Below are positions 35,600 to 46,804 of a DNA stretch of 64,000 nt, in pieces. Every line of letters begins with the position of its first letter. Positions within the stretch are counted from its first letter, which is position 1. The notes below the pieces were generated by a model. It saw only the letters and a program-made list of their open reading frames with translations. It searched no databases and was not told where the DNA came from. The stretch comes from Pristiophorus japonicus (lineage: Eukaryota): contig NC_091995.1 of the NCBI RefSeq assembly GCF_044704955.1, positions 76,508,001 through 76,572,000 of the forward strand, written 5' to 3'. Both the position numbers and the translations under genes were made by a program.

Positions 35600-35990
35600 T
35601 ACCAGGTACTGACATTGATTGTGAGTTCCGAGATTCACTCCAGAACTTGATCACATAATATAGGCTGACACTCCTAATGCAGTATTAAGGGAGTGCTACA
35701 TTGTCAGAGGTGATGTTTTTCAGACAGACGTTAAACCAAGACCACTGTTGCCTGTTCAGGTGGATGCAAAATGTCCCATGGCACTATTTGAAAAGGAGCA
35801 GAGGAGTTACCCTGGTGTCTCTTAACCAAAATGCCACCAAAATATTTATTATTTATCTGATTTACTGTTTGTGGAATCTTGTGTGCAAATTGGCTACCTT
35901 GTTTGGCTGCGTAACCATAGTGGCTACACTTGCACTTCTTGGCTGGGAAGCACTGTGGGATGTACGAAGGATGTGAAAGATGCTGCACAA
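35600..35990 (+). mobile_element. Deu-domain SINE, diverged
   Basis: tcccatggcactatttgaaaaggagcagaggagtt core. Confidence 0.65.
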
Positions 35991-36043
35991 AGGCTGGTGC
36001 CACTGCCAGTCCTTGCAATTGGTCCTTGATGCAATGCCATGGT

Positions 36044-37168
36044 GTTAGGGTTTTTGCACCCTTTCCCAATTATTCGACGTGACTCCAATATAGTACAATA
36101 GTATTTTATTAGGTATTACACAAAAGTCAGTATTTATAGGTGCCATAGCAGTAGTTTACAGTACAGAACGAGAATGGTATCACCCGTGCTGTCCTGGGTA
36201 GAATTCGTGCCCTCTTGATAGGAGACTTGAAAGAAGTTTCCACCCCACCTGGGGTCTCTTCAGCCTCGCCCCTTGTCTTGGTCTCGCCCTGCCTGAGGTA
36301 TCCTCTGTTGGCCCTGGTCTTGTCTTCATACCGCCTGGTGTAACCTCTATCTGGATCCTCCTCCTCATGGGCCACTGCTGCCTGGTTCCTCTCGAGGGTC
36401 AGCCCTTGCTCCTGGTGCTCTACAGCCTTTTATGTCACTTTTGAGGGTGGTTGCAGGGGTCGATATTGACACAGGTATCTACCCTACTGAGGCCTTTCCA
36501 AAGGGTGGGCTGGCCAATTCAGCCCATTCCCCATTCCTACCTTTGATGGACAAAGAGTGACTGGTCCTCAAGATGTCATACCTTCATGGCTGACCAATCA
36601 TTGGCTTACAACAGATCTGGCTCTTGCTTTTTCTCAAGGCCTTAGCCAGCAACTTCAGGAACTGTTATCTCCTGTTCTACAGACAGTGTCTGGTCCCAGG
36701 CCTGATAATTCTTCGATACTATTGTAAAGACTGTCTTATCTAGTCCCAAGACCAGTTAGTTGATTTGCACACTGTGTTAATTGTGTGAAGACAGAATGCG
36801 TCTTTCTCTTAGTTTTGAAAAGCTTGACAAACTTTTGGCTTTATGACTACTGTATACTTGTTTCATATGAAAAAGGTGATTGTATAACGAACTGTAAAAG
36901 TTGCATATCAAAAATACATGTGGTACAATGAATCAAGGTGCATGTGTGAGGTTAGAACAAGTGTTTACAATCTGTTGGTAGTGATCAGGTACATTTCTGG
37001 TTAATAAAGGTGATTTCACAAAATACATATCCAGTACAGATTTAACATGTAGAATAGTTTTTCAGTGGTATGATTGGTTGGTCATGTATATTTAAAAACA
37101 AACATGTTCCCCATGTCAACCATTATAAATGGAGACTAGCAGTGTAAACATGTCACATTGTAATTACA
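36044..37168 (-). mobile_element. Putative solo LTR, antisense to ACO2
   Basis: Left end tgttaggg; on minus, CCAAT-like boxes, CATAAAA near 36430 and AATAAA near 36105 in LTR-like order; right boundary and TSD not established. Confidence 0.35.
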
Positions 37169-37542
37169 CCCTTCTGCCAGTGGCGGGGCAGGATAGGCAG
37201 AGTTTTATTTCGGGTGAGGATATACGAATTTATAATGGCAACGTATCAAAATAAGGATAGAATATATATGGAGTGGATTATGTTTGCATACCTTGGTCCC
37301 ATTCCCTCCTGCTTCCAATCCCACTTAGCTGATGACCATTCTTGGTCTTGGGTGCCTTTGTGCAATGCCACGGGAGAATGGTGTATTCTATAAATGTAAT
37401 AAACGCTGGTGTGTTATAACCACAAAATACTTGTACTTCAAAAGCACAAGTGTTGCATTAATTAGGGATACTTATTGGTTTGGTTTTCATCTACACATAT
37501 TCACAACTCATTTGTAACATTTAGTTTTGCCTTCTACGATAG

Positions 37543-37801
37543 ATTGGACAAACCACTGACCTTGTCAGAAAAGATCGTGTATGGTCATCTCGATGACCCT
37601 GTCAACCAGGCGATTGGTCGTGGGGAGACCTATCTGCGCCTCCGACCTGACCGGGTGGCCATGCAGGATGCCACAGCTCAGATGGCCATGCTTCAGTTCA
37701 TCAGCAGCGGGTTGCCCAGAGTTGCCGTGCCATCTACAATCCACTGTGATCACTTAATCGAGGCTCAGATTGGTGGAGACAAAGATCTGGCAAGAGCCAA
37801 G
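37543..37801 (+). CDS. ACO2: ACO2 coding exon 3 (259 nt)
   Basis: gatag|(R)[19 protein letters not shown]...[13 protein letters not shown]...[23 protein letters not shown]|gtaatc; active-site QDAT and DH motifs. Confidence 0.97.
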
Positions 37802-37877
37802 GTAATCTATTGTGTGCAGCACTTTGCTGTGTTTTGATGGTGTGATGAAATGCTATTTAAATGCAAATATTCTCCGA

Positions 37878-39545
37878 TCATCATCACAGGCGGTCCCTCG
37901 AGGAAGACTTGCTTCCATTCCAAAAGTGAGTTCTCAGGTGACTGTACAGTCCAATATAGGAATTACAGTCTTTGTCACAGGTGAGACAGACAGTGGTTGA
38001 AGGAAAGGGTGGGTGGGGGAGTCTGGTTTGTCGCACACTCCTTCCGCTGTCTGCGCTTGATTTCTGCATGCTCTCGGCGACGAGACTCGAGGTGCTCAGC
38101 GCCCTCCCGGATGCTCTTCCTCCACTTAGGGCGGTCTTTGGCCAGGGATTCCCAGGTGCCGGTGGGGATGTTGCACTTTATCAAGGAGGTTTTAAGGGTG
38201 TCCTTGAAATGTTTCCTCTGCCCACCTGGGACTCGCTTGACGTGTCGGAGTTCCGACTAGAATGCTTGCTTGGGGCATCTCGTGTTGGGCATACGGACAA
38301 TGTGGCCCGCCCAATGGAGCTGGTCGAGTGTGGTCAGTACTTCAATGCTGGGGATGTTAGCCTGATCGAGAACACTGATGTTGGTGCGTCTATCCTCCCA
38401 GAATCTTGCAGAGCAGCGCTGGTGGTACTTCTCCAGCGCTTTGAGGTGTCTAGTGTATATAGTCCATGTCTCTGAGCCATAAAGGAAGGCAGGTATCACT
38501 ATAGGCCATAAGCTTGGTGCCAGATTTGAGGTCCTGGTCTTCAAACACTCTCTTCCTTAGGTGACCGAAGGCTGCGCTGGCACACTGGATGCGGTGTTGG
38601 ACCTCGTCATCGATGTCTGCCCTTGCTGATAGTAGGCTCCCGAGATATGGAAAATGGTCCACATTGTCCAAGGGAACGCTGTGGATTTTGATGACTGTGG
38701 GGCAGCGCTGTGTGGCTGGGTCAGGTTTGTGGAGGAGCTTTGTCTTACGAATATTTAGTGTAAGACGCATGCTTTCGTACGTCTCGGTGGAGATGTTGAC
38801 GATGGCTTGGAGTTCGGCCTCTGTGCGCAGACGCAAGCGTTGTCCACATACTGTAGTTCGATGACTGGAGCAGATGGAATCCCCACCGATGCACTAAATA
38901 TGACCTCATCTCTCATCTGCAAGGAGGAGAGCATGCCAGGGGAACTCGGATGCCGTAACCGTGACAAAAAAAGGGGACAAGTCCGACTGCGGCACCTACA
39001 GAGGAATCTCCTTGCTGTCAGCCACTGGGATAATCATTGCAAGAATTCTCCTCAACCATCTTCCCCCTGTGGCTGGAGGGATCCTCCCAGAGTCACAATG
39101 CAAATTCCGTCCACTAAGAGGTACAACGAACATGATCTTCTCCGCGTGACAACTACAAAAGAAATGCAGGGAACAGCACCAACCATTGTACATGCATGGC
39201 CTCCTTTGACCTCACAAAGGCCTTTGACACTGTCAACCGTGAGGGTCTGTGGAGCGTCCTCCTCTGTTTCGGCTGCCCCCAAAAGTTGTCACCATCCTCC
39301 GCCTGCTCCACGGTGACATGCAAGCCGTGATCCTGACCAACGGACCCACCACCAACCCAATCCACGTCCAGACCGGGGTCGAGCAGTGTGTCATCGCACC
39401 AACGCTGTTCTCAATCTTCCTCGCTGCAATGCTCCATCTCATTCTCAACCAACTCCCCGCTGGAATAAAACCAGTGGGAACCTGCTCAACCTTCGCCGTC
39501 TCCAGGCTCGATCCAAAGTCGGCCCATCCTCTGTCATCGAACCTC
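37878..39545 (-). mobile_element. RTE LINE with inverted 5' segment and 48-bp TSD
   Basis: 3' part on minus 37878-~38866; upstream RT part on plus ~38867-39545 (ADGIP, YRGISLLS, GVEQCVIAPTLF); TSD 37830-37877 / 39546-39593. Confidence 0.88.
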
Positions 39546-40224
39546 TGTTTTGATGGTGTAATGAGATGTTATTTAAATACAAATATTCTCCGAGCATACA
39601 ACCGTGGTGTTGTGCACCACATAATATGGTCTCTCTCGCATGTCTCTATTGTTCTTATGTTGCTTGTTTCTCTCTGCATCTCCTCTTCAGCTTCTTAACT
39701 TCTCCTTTGTCTCTGTCTCTTCTGTTTCTCTCTCTCTGCTCTTTTCTTTGGATTGTGGGTATCCACTGAGCATTCTCTTGCCATCACCTTAATCCCATCG
39801 CACTTCTATCTCATCGCACCTCTGACGTACACCTCTCATCCTCAAATTACTTGCTTCATCTGTTTCCCCCAAGGAGGCATTGTTGCTTTCAGAATGCAAT
39901 TTGTTCTTGAAATAAATCCAATTGGAATGAGGACTCCCCTCTCTCCTCTGTCTCCCCCCCGCCCCCTTCCCCACGTTACAAGTTATTTTAGGGATTGATT
40001 TCTATATTCTAAAAATGTTAAACATTGAACATGGCAAATTATAGCTGCAGATTACAAATGAACTAAAGTGTGCCGAAAGATTTTCCTCATTCGTTAGTAT
40101 ATTTGTGACATAACCTCTGACCAAGCGACAGAAGCAAATATTGAGCAAATGATTAGTCTGAGCTGATCTCAGTAACTTGCTTTTCACACTGATCACTTAA
40201 CTGTCTTTTTTTTTTACTTTGTAG

Positions 40225-40317
40225 GAAATGAACGAAGAAGTTTATAATTTCTTGGCGACGGCGGGAGCAAAATATGGAGTTGGCTTCTGGAAACCCGGCT
40301 CTGGTATCATCCACCAG
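40225..40317 (+). CDS. ACO2: ACO2 coding exon 4 (93 nt)
   Basis: tttgtag|[31 protein letters not shown]|gtgacg. Confidence 0.97.
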
Positions 40318-40506
40318 GTGACGTGTCAAAAATCAATCCTCCCTCGCTCGCTCTTTAAAGTTTTCTCCACAGCCCCTTCCTCTCGGCCTCTCCTTACCCT
40401 CCCGTCTTCCCCCTCCCCACCCACCCAAGAGCGACCGCATTAATTAACAATTTTGGTTTCCTATTGCGTACACCAAACGGCGCTCAGCAGGGTCTCTGAG
40501 ACTGTA

Positions 40507-40962
40507 ACAACATAAGAAATAGGAACAGGAGTAGGCCATCTGGCCCTTCGAGCCTGGTCCGCCATTCAGTAAGATTATGGCTGATCTGATCTTGAGCTTA
40601 GCTCTACTTCCCTGCCCTCTCCCCATAAGCCTTGACTCCCTTTATCTTTCAAAAATCTGTCTGTCTATCCACTTTAAATATATTCAATGATCCAGCCTCC
40701 ACAGCTCTCTGGGGTAGAGAATTCCACAGATTCATGACCCTCAGAAGAAATTCCTCCTCATTTCCGTTTTAAATGGGCGACCCCTTATTCTGAAACTATG
40801 TCCCTAGTTCTAGATTCCCCCACATCCTCTCTGCATCTATCCTGTCGAGCCCCCTCAGAATCTTATACCTTTCAATAAGATCACCTCTCATTCTTCTAAA
40901 CTCCAATGAGTATAGGCCCAGTCTGCTCAAACTTTCTTTATAAGACAACCCCTTTATCCCGG
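40507..40962 (-). mobile_element. CR1 LINE 3' end
   Basis: PGIKGLSYKESLSRLGLYSLEFRRMRGDLIE; tail cataagaaataggaacaggagtaggcc (reverse). Confidence 0.85.
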
Positions 40963-43434
40963 GCTCCTCTTTACCTCTTTTACTCTTTCCAAATGCAGCT
41001 GTGAGCAGAAGCAATTGCCAAGCAGTTCCCACTTCGGATGAAATCCCTGACCGCCGTCGCAAAGCTGCTAGCGTAGCAGCGCAGAGGGTTTTGGCTGACT
41101 CTTGCACATGCCAGCCATGAGCGGTTAACGCTCGCCGCTTACTCAGTGCCATTTTACAAATGAACGCGTAGCTGTTACGAATTGGATCTCACCACTGGAA
41201 TTTGAGGCTGAATAGGATGCATCGATGGCAGCTTTGATCACAGCAGGGTGAATGGCAGCACAGCCTCAGCAGCTTTGCCTGTCCCGCCTGCTTCAATTAA
41301 CAGCCTTTAATTTATTCCCCCCCCCCCCGCCCCCCCCTAGAGGGGCTGACTCGCTTCGGCTTAGTTCCTCTGTCTGGCAGTCCAGCCGTGACTGGGAATT
41401 CGCATTGTAGGGAACTGCAGGTGAGACCCTACATCCCCTGAATCCACAGAGCAAGGAGTAAAAGGCTGGATTCCCAGAAGCTTTAGCCTGCCAAGCTAAG
41501 GATTCCTAATTACAAACATTTCAGATGTACACCGCATTCCAGATGGTGTTGGGACCATTTGCTCCAAAGTGCTGTGACCAGGCACCTTTCCACAGAGTCT
41601 GTTCGAGTGGTTGGGCTATCAGGAATTTCAGACTTGCAAACGGAATATTCATGTATATAAATATTCAAATGTGCAAAGCTTTAGGTGTAACTGCACAGCC
41701 AGATCAAGTTCACAGCCTACTGATCATTTTCATTTGTGGAATGTTAATGTTGCGAACATGCGAACAATGACTGACAGGTAAAGACCCTCTGGTCCATCGA
41801 GCCTGTCCCACACAATTGCGATACCTTGTGTATTCCAATATATACAGTCCACCCCACCCGAAACCATGTGATCTCCTGGGAGAGGCAAAAAAACATTTAA
41901 AAAAAAATCCCCAGAAAAATCTGGGAAATTCCCCTCTGACCCATCTAGGCGATTGAAACTAGTCCAGGAGATCACTCTGGCCATTAAATTCCTGCAGTAC
42001 CTACCTTCTGTAAGCGGTGATCGCCGCCGCAGCCAGAAACAAATCCAGCTATCGCTTGAAGGAATTCAGCAAGTCTGCATCCACCACATGAAACAGCAGC
42101 TTGTTCCAGAGGTCTACTGTTCTCTGGGAAAAGGACCACCTCCTGACGTCTAACCTAGATCTAGCCTTATACCCCTGGTGCTGCCTAACTTATTTAATTG
42201 AAATAAACTGTCAGCTGGAACACTGTCTTATCAACTATCTTATAAAGGTCAATCATATCTTTCCCTCCCCCTCCCCCCCCCCCCCCCCCCCCCCCCAGCC
42301 CCCATAGTCTACACTGCTCTAAGGTATAGAGTCCAAACGTTCTTAGCCTAGGTGCAGCGACTAGCTCCTCTCGAGGCTCTGAACATCATTGTGTGATCGC
42401 TCACTGAGCTGTGTGAGAGCAATGACTGGCTTATCTATTTAGTTTCTATTTCTTACGGTGGTCTGCTTTAGTTTTGCATGGTGTTCCTTCTACTTCCCAG
42501 ATAGCCCAACTGAAAAGGGAACATGAGGCCATTCAGCCCCTCAAGCCTGTTCCACCATTTCAGTTCGATCATGCCAGATCTGTTAATTTCAATTGCCCAC
42601 ATTGGTTCCATTATCCCTTAATACCCTTGCCTTACAAAAATATATTAATCTCAGTTCTGGAATTTTCAATCAACTGCTTTTTGGGGGAAGAGTTCCAGAT
42701 TTCTACTATCTTGTGTGTGTGAAGTGCTTCCTGACATCACCTCTGGCTCTAATTTTAAGGTTAAGCCCCGTTATTCGAGACTTTCCCATAGCCAGCAATA
42801 TTTTTGGTTTTATAAATGGGGTATATAAGAGTGTCAGAGTAAAGTCGTAATGAATTTACGGAATGCATTGGTTAAGCCACAGATTGGGTACTCTGTGCAG
42901 TTTTGGTCACCCTATTATACACAGGATATTAAAACCAGAGAGAGTGTAGGAGATTCACTGGGATAACACCAGCAATGGGAATCTATAGTTATGAGGAGGG
43001 ACTATTTCTACTCAAACAGAGAAGGCTAAGAGAAGATTTAATAGAGGCCTTAAATTTGTATGGGGTATTATAGAATGAATAGAAGATTTTTCCTCTGGGA
43101 GTCAGTACTGAGGGGTTATCAATTTAAACGTTTGAGGCGGAGGAATGTAGTCAGAAGCAATTTCTTCAACGGATTGCTTTGCAGCGAATGGTTGAGACAG
43201 AGATCGTTTCATTTTGTTAGGAAAATTGGATAAATGTGGGAGAGAGCAGGGCCATGGGATTAGGTTTACCTTGCTCTAGGAAAGAGCCAGCACGCATACG
43301 ATGGCCTCCTGTGTTGTACATTACTGTGGTTCTATGGGCCAGGCTCGACAGCGATGTTAACTAGTCTGCCAGCACTCGCTGTATAAATTCATAGAGCGAT
43401 AATAGAGGGTGATCAGCTCCTGTGGAACTGTAAA

Positions 43435-43840
43435 GAAAGACTTGCATTTCTGCAGCGTCTTTCGCGACCACCGATCGTTTCAAAGCACTTTACAGCCAAT
43501 GAAGTACTTTTTGAGGTGCAGTCACTGTTGTAATGTGGGAAACGCGGCAACAAATTTGCGCACAGCAAGTCCCCATAAACAGCAATGTGATGATCAGATA
43601 AACTGTTTTTATGTTGATTGAGGAATAAATATTACCCAGGACACCGGGGGGTGACTCCCCTGCTCTTCTTCGAAATAGTGCCGTGAGATCTTTTACATCC
43701 ACCTGAGAGAGCAGACGGGGCCTCAGTTTAACGTCTCATCCGAAAGACGGCACCTCTGGCACTGTAGCACTCTCTCAGCACTGCACTGGAGTGTCGGTCC
43801 AGATATATATGCTCAAGTCACTGGAGTGGGACTTGAAACT
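43435..43840 (-). mobile_element. Deu-domain SINE
   Basis: B box, Deu core and L2-like tail; ends ~100 bp before exon 5. Confidence 0.8.
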
Positions 43841-43925
43841 CCAGCAAGAGATTGTCATGCTGCGGAGAAGAAAGTAAAAGTTGCACTGAGACGGCAGCCT
43901 CCACTGTGTACTGACAAACATGTGA

Positions 43926-44120
<195 letters not shown>

Positions 44121-45518
44121 TAAAATTACAGTTGCCTTGACCAATAACGCTCATAACTGCCAGTCAGCCAGGTGCATGGACCTGCCTGCGATCAATACTG
44201 AAGGGAACGAAATGTGGTCGGGCTCCATCTGGGTTCTTGTGTTGTGCACCTTGCCAGATGAAGGCAACAACTGACGGGCTAACTTGCAAAGGCACCGCAT
44301 GTTGTCATTGACAGCATTGTGTCGCTGATGGTGAAAACTGTTTTACGCTCTCCCATTTAAGAAAACTGAACGGCAGGTGGAGCCAAGAATACAGCAACTT
44401 ACATTTACATAGCGCCTATAACGTAGTAAAACATCCCAAGGCGTTGCACAGGAGCGTTACACTGAAATATCAGCACACAGTTATATCACTGTTGCAGCTT
44501 CTGTGCTGCTGAGCTATCCTATCTGAATTACAACTCAGTGGTGAGAGAAATTCAAATTGTGTGTGTCTTAATTGTCCATCACTGGGCCCCTCCTAACCCT
44601 GATTGTGCCTGGTTAGCTAGATATTGGCAGAGACCAGGACTGGGATAACAGATTTTTTTTTGTAGTCACAAGATTTGACTATACTTCACAATGAGCAAGG
44701 CTGTTGATTTAAATTTTAACAGCTACCTGACAATTTGGTGGGTCAGTGGGCTGCCCGATGTGCTTCTGAGCCATACAGCAGATGCCACATTCCAGATCTG
44801 GTCTGTGTTGGATCAACTGATCTTAACCAGCACAGCGGCAGAGATGTTGCAGTTGGCCACGTTGCGTTAAGCTTTTTAAAATTCACTTTTATGGGATGTG
44901 GACATCGCTGGCAAGGGCAACATTAATTGCCCTTGAGATGATGGTGGTAAGCCACCATTTCAGAGGGCAGGTAAGGGTCAACCACATTGCTGTAGGTCAG
45001 GAGTCACATATGGACCGGACCGGGTAAGGCCGGCAGATTTCATTCGAGGACATTAGTGAACCAGATGGGTTTTTACGACAATCTGGTAGTTACATGGTCA
45101 CCATTACCAATACTGGCGCTTTATTGCAGATTTATTTAATTAACTGAATTTTAATTCCCCAGCTGCCATGGTGGGATTTGAAAACTCATCCCCGGATCAT
45201 TAGGGAATTAAGGGTTGCGGGGAGCGGGCGGGTAAGTGGAGCTGAGTCCACAGCCAGATCAGCCATGATCTTATTGAATGGCGGAACAGGCTCGAGGGGC
45301 TAGATGGCCTACTCCTGTTCCTAATTCTTATGTTAGTCCAGTAACATGAGCACTGTGCCACTGTACCTGAAGCGAGGGAGGATTGATTCCTGCTCCTGAT
45401 CACGATCCACTGGAATGGTCACGTGTGTGATTGTTGGGTGAGGACCGGTTCGGGCTTTCCCTCCCACACACTCTCACTGTCTTGGCCAACACAACAAGGC
45501 TGGCCATTTTGCCAACAC

Positions 45519-46200
45519 TCCTGAAAGTTGTTGGTACTTTGACGGTTAAAGACAAACCCCTAGTTAAACCACACCTGGAGTACTGCGTTTCAGTTCTGGG
45601 CTCCACACCTTAGGAAAGATATATTGGCATGCAGCATGAAGGGAGTGCAGCGTAGATTTGCCAAAAAGTTAGCAGGACTCGAGGTTAAATTACGAGGAGT
45701 GATTACACAAAGGAGTGTTGTATTCCTTGGAATTTAGAAGATTAAGGGGTGATTTGATTGCTGTTCAGGGGAACAGATAGGGCCGATAGAGAGCAACTAT
45801 TTCCACTGGTTGGGGAATCTAGGACTAAGGGACATAGTCTAAAAATTATAGCGAGGGCTTTCAGGAAAGAACGACTTGCATTTATATAGCACATTCCATG
45901 ACCACCAGACGTCTCAAAGCGCTTCACAGCCAATGAAGTACATTCTTGGAGTGCAGTCACTGTTGTAATGGAGTAAAGTTAGGAAACACTTCGACATGCA
46001 AAGGGTGGTAGAAGTTTTGAACTGTCTTCCACAAACAGCAGTTGATGCTGGGTCAGTTGTTAACTTTAATTCTGAGATTGATAGATTTTCGTTAACCAAA
46101 GATATTAAGGGATATGGGGCAAAGGCAGAACAGGCTGGAGGAGCTAAATATTCCTACAAAGGGGCCACAGATGCAGTTGTAGAATATCTCTGGCCTGGTG
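45519..46200 (+). pseudogene. ACO2: Decayed duplicate of ACO2 exon 6 (pieces 45519-45551 and 46158-46200) split by a CR1 fragment
   Basis: LKVVGTLTVK and KGATDAVVEYLWPG versus real exon 6 [23 protein letters not shown]; 28/33 and 34/43 nt identity by hand alignment. Confidence 0.75.
45552..46157 (+). mobile_element. CR1 3' fragment with a nested SINE tail (~45868-45968, minus)
   Basis: LVKPHLEYCV...TKGHSLKI...QRVVEVLNCLPQ...IKGYGAKA. Confidence 0.8.
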
Positions 46201-46804
46201 ATTGCTCACTATTCCAGAATGATTCTGGAATGTAAAGATAAATCCCGGCTCCACTGCTAACTGTCTTTTTAAACCCCTCTCCCCAGTCGCCACCTTCACC
46301 TCCAACAATAAGTGTGAGGAGCTCATGGGCTTCTTTGTCTCGAAGATCCGTTCGGCCACCTCTGCTTCTTCCCTTCCTTCTCCTAAGGATTCCCCCTGCC
46401 CCAGCCCTGACCTCACATCTTTCTCCAGTTTCTCTCCGATCTCCACTCGTGACCTTTCCGAGCTCATCCTGTCTGAGGCCCACTTCCTGCTCCCTTGACC
46501 CTATTCCCACCAAACCGCTGACCACCCAACTTCCTTTTCTGGCTCCCATGTTAGCTGACATTGTTAACGCTTCTCTCTCCTCAGGTACTGTCCCCCTTCT
46601 TCAAATCTGCTGTCATCTCCCTTCTCCTCAAAAATCATCCCCCGATCCCTCCGTCCTTGCAAACTTACCGCTCCATCTCCAACATCCCTTTCCTCTTCAA
46701 AGTACTTGAACGTGTTGTCGCCTCCCAAATCCGTGCCCCTCTTTCCCACAATTCCAGTTTGAATCCCTCCAATCAGGTTTCTGCCCCAGTCACCGTGCCG
46801 AAAC

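Noticed and set aside
46200-46235. SGM after the exon-6 duplicate as evidence of a spliced exon 6-7 retrocopy
   Set aside because: Only two codons match, spacing differs from the real junction, and a stop and L2 sequence follow; too weak to support.
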